Origin: Candidatus Bathyarchaeota archaeon
Lineage (GTDB): Archaea > Thermoproteota > Bathyarchaeia > Bathyarchaeales > Bathycorpusculaceae
Length of the DNA stretch: 64,000 nucleotides
NCBI GenBank assembly: GCA_963806535.1
Contig: CAWDYC010000008.1
Location: 96,001 to 160,000 of the forward strand
Direction: 5' to 3'
Shown piece by piece: positions 62,198-64,000 of the stretch. Both the position numbers and the translations under genes were made by a program. The stretch's first letter is position 1; the number at the start of each line of letters is the position of its first letter. Under the pieces are notes generated by a model that was not told the origin of the DNA, searched no databases, and saw nothing but the letters and a program-made list of their open reading frames with translations.

Positions 62198-62650
62198 TTA
62201 TCTCACTATAACCACTGGGCACGGCGCCAAATGAGCAACCTTCTCACTGATGCTCCCCAAAAAACGTTCCCTTACCATGCCCAAACCTTTATGTCCAATA
62301 ACAATCGCATCAAAACCGCTATCTTTAGCCACATTCACAATTTCAACAGCGGGATCTCCATCTCTCAGCATCGATGAAACTACCAAATCAGGCTTAACTG
62401 CCTTCGCATGGGAAACAGCTTTACTTAAGATCTCTTCATGAATCTTTCGTAAATCTTTACCAAGAATAGTCATATTATCGAAAGAATAAGTTGTCGATTC
62501 TTGAGGAACCACACCCATAGCCAGCACTTCAGAAACGTTCAACACCGTTACAGCTGAAGCGAATTTTTCTGCTAAATCTAGAGCAAAATCTAAGACCCGA
62601 TCTGAGTTTTCAGAGCCATCCACAGCTACCAAAATATTTTGAATCAACAT
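62198..62650 (-). CDS. Universal stress protein
   Basis: ILVAVDGSENS, GDPA, IVIGHKG, LGSIS..V..APCPV. Confidence 0.92.
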   Translation of the reverse strand: MLIQNILVAVDGSENSDRVLDFALDLAEKFASAVTVLNVSEVLAMGVVPQESTTYSFDNMTILGKDLRKIHEEILSKAVSHAKAVKPDLVVSSMLRDGDPAVEIVNVAKDSGFDAIVIGHKGLGMVRERFLGSISEKVAHLAPCPVVIVR

Positions 62651-62868
62651 AAGAGTGAAGCGCCTATGAAGTAATTAGTAAACGGAGATTAAGGTTTTTC
62701 TCAAAACCAACAGTTTGAACTATTCTTTCAGGCTATTTCCTTTTAGCTGTGTTCGATTGTTTTTTTAACGATTTTCTTTAAACAATATAAAGGTAAAGTG
62801 TTACTTAGTAACTAAAAGAGGCATGTGGGGGTTCATCAATCAATAAGCATATTCAGATCCTAACAGTC

Positions 62869-64000
62869 ATGCTTATTATTGCAACGATAATTTTGTCAGC
62901 ACCCAATTTCCCTGACATCAAAGCTCAAGATAATCAATCCCCATGGAATCTGCTGACACCTATGCCAACAGCTCGAAGCGCACTCGGAGTTGCAGTTGTC
63001 GATGGAAAAATCTATGCTATCGGAGGTTTGAGCGGTGATGTACAGCTTCGAAATAATGAACAGTACGACCCCGTTTTAAACACTTGGACTGTTGAAATGC
63101 CGATGCCTACCGCCAGAAGCGGTTTCGCAATTGCTGCTTACAATGGCAAAATATATGTTATAGGCGGAACAGTGGGCAATGGCTTTGTAGGAAACAACGA
63201 AGTATATGATCCGGCAACGAATACGTGGGAGACAAAAGCTTCAATGCCCACGCCCCGCTCAGACTTAAGTGCAAGTGTAGTAAATGATAAAATCTACTTA
63301 ATTGGCGGAAAAAAATATTCGAATACGAATCCCTATTTCACTGAAACAAACACAAATGAAGTTTATGATCCAGCTAATGATTCATGGACGACTAAAGCTG
63401 CTATCCCAACTGCTACCTACGGATATGGATCAGCAATCATAAACCAAAAAATCTACATTGCCGGTGGTTCACAAACCCCAATATCGCAACAGCAAAGTGG
63501 CGATTTCGTCCACGCAAATCAAGTTTATGACCCACAAACAGATAATTGGACTTCAGCGGCAAATTTGCCTTCCTCGGTTTCTTATGCCGCTACGGCTGCA
63601 ACTCAAGACTATTTAGCGCCTGCTCGAATATATCTTGCAGGTGGATATTTTCAAAATACCATAACAAGCATAACTCAAATCTATAATCCCTCTAATAACT
63701 CATGGACTATAGGCACACCATTATCTTCGCCGCGAGCAGACTTGGCTTTTGCAGTCGTAAACGATGTTTTATATGCAATCGGCGGATTTGACGGACAAAA
63801 TCCAGTTAATACGAATGAGCAGTTTAAACCTGCTGATTATGGAACAGTTCCGCCGATTCTTCGGATTACTTCTCCTGAAAACAAAACTTATTCTAAAGCA
63901 AGTTTGGCTTTTACCATTAACAGGGGCACGTCATGGATAGGATACAGTTTAGATAATCAAGTAAATGAAACAGTAAAGGAAGGAACTAACACTAGTCTAA
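62869..64000 (+). CDS. Secreted Kelch-repeat beta-propeller protein (runs off the window; start uncertain)
   Basis: Hand translation: hydrophobic N-terminus, repeated MPTARS..V.DGKIY.IGG....NE.YDP..NTW units, then an Ig-like start PP..ITSPENKTY. Confidence 0.88.
   Translation, partial: MLIIATIILSAPNFPDIKAQDNQSPWNLLTPMPTARSALGVAVVDGKIYAIGGLSGDVQLRNNEQYDPVLNTWTVEMPMPTARSGFAIAAYNGKIYVIGGTVGNGFVGNNEVYDPATNTWETKASMPTPRSDLSASVVNDKIYLIGGKKYSNTNPYFTETNTNEVYDPANDSWTTKAAIPTATYGYGSAIINQKIYIAGGSQTPISQQQSGDFVHANQVYDPQTDNWTSAANLPSSVSYAATAATQDYLAPARIYLAGGYFQNTITSITQIYNPSNNSWTIGTPLSSPRADLAFAVVNDVLYAIGGFDGQNPVNTNEQFKPADYGTVPPILRITSPENKTYSKASLAFTINRGTSWIGYSLDNQVNETVKEGTNTSL

Overview
Archaeal chromosomal window, AT-rich (roughly 40% GC by eye). 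The gene set (ATP-dependent DNA ligase, Nop5/fibrillarin, Nip7/Nop2, archaeal TPI, SmsCB, AfpA, FmdE, a PEF-CTERM surface protein, Kelch and beta-helix secreted proteins) most resembles Bathyarchaeia; this is inference. About 60 CDS; I recognised no rRNA, tRNA, CRISPR array, transposase or integrase. About a dozen single-base frameshifts, including in hisS, are most likely long-read consensus errors. Best leads: (1) an ArsR-like HTH + ATP-cone + class III ribonucleotide reductase fusion (57598-59814) that lacks the glycyl-radical Gly and both catalytic Cys, a candidate nucleotide-sensing pseudoenzyme regulator; (2) a roughly 230-bp non-coding element present twice in inverted orientation (31295-31528, 53033-53249), made of a ~90%-identical core and a variable-copy array with exact 10-bp period, plus a second phased array beside copy 1; (3) a 26-aa Asp/Glu/Cys micropeptide gene divergent from the smsCB Fe-S assembly operon; (4) a stand-alone EF-2 with an altered G2 motif; (5) candidate operators readable from the sequence (ArsR, NikR and others).
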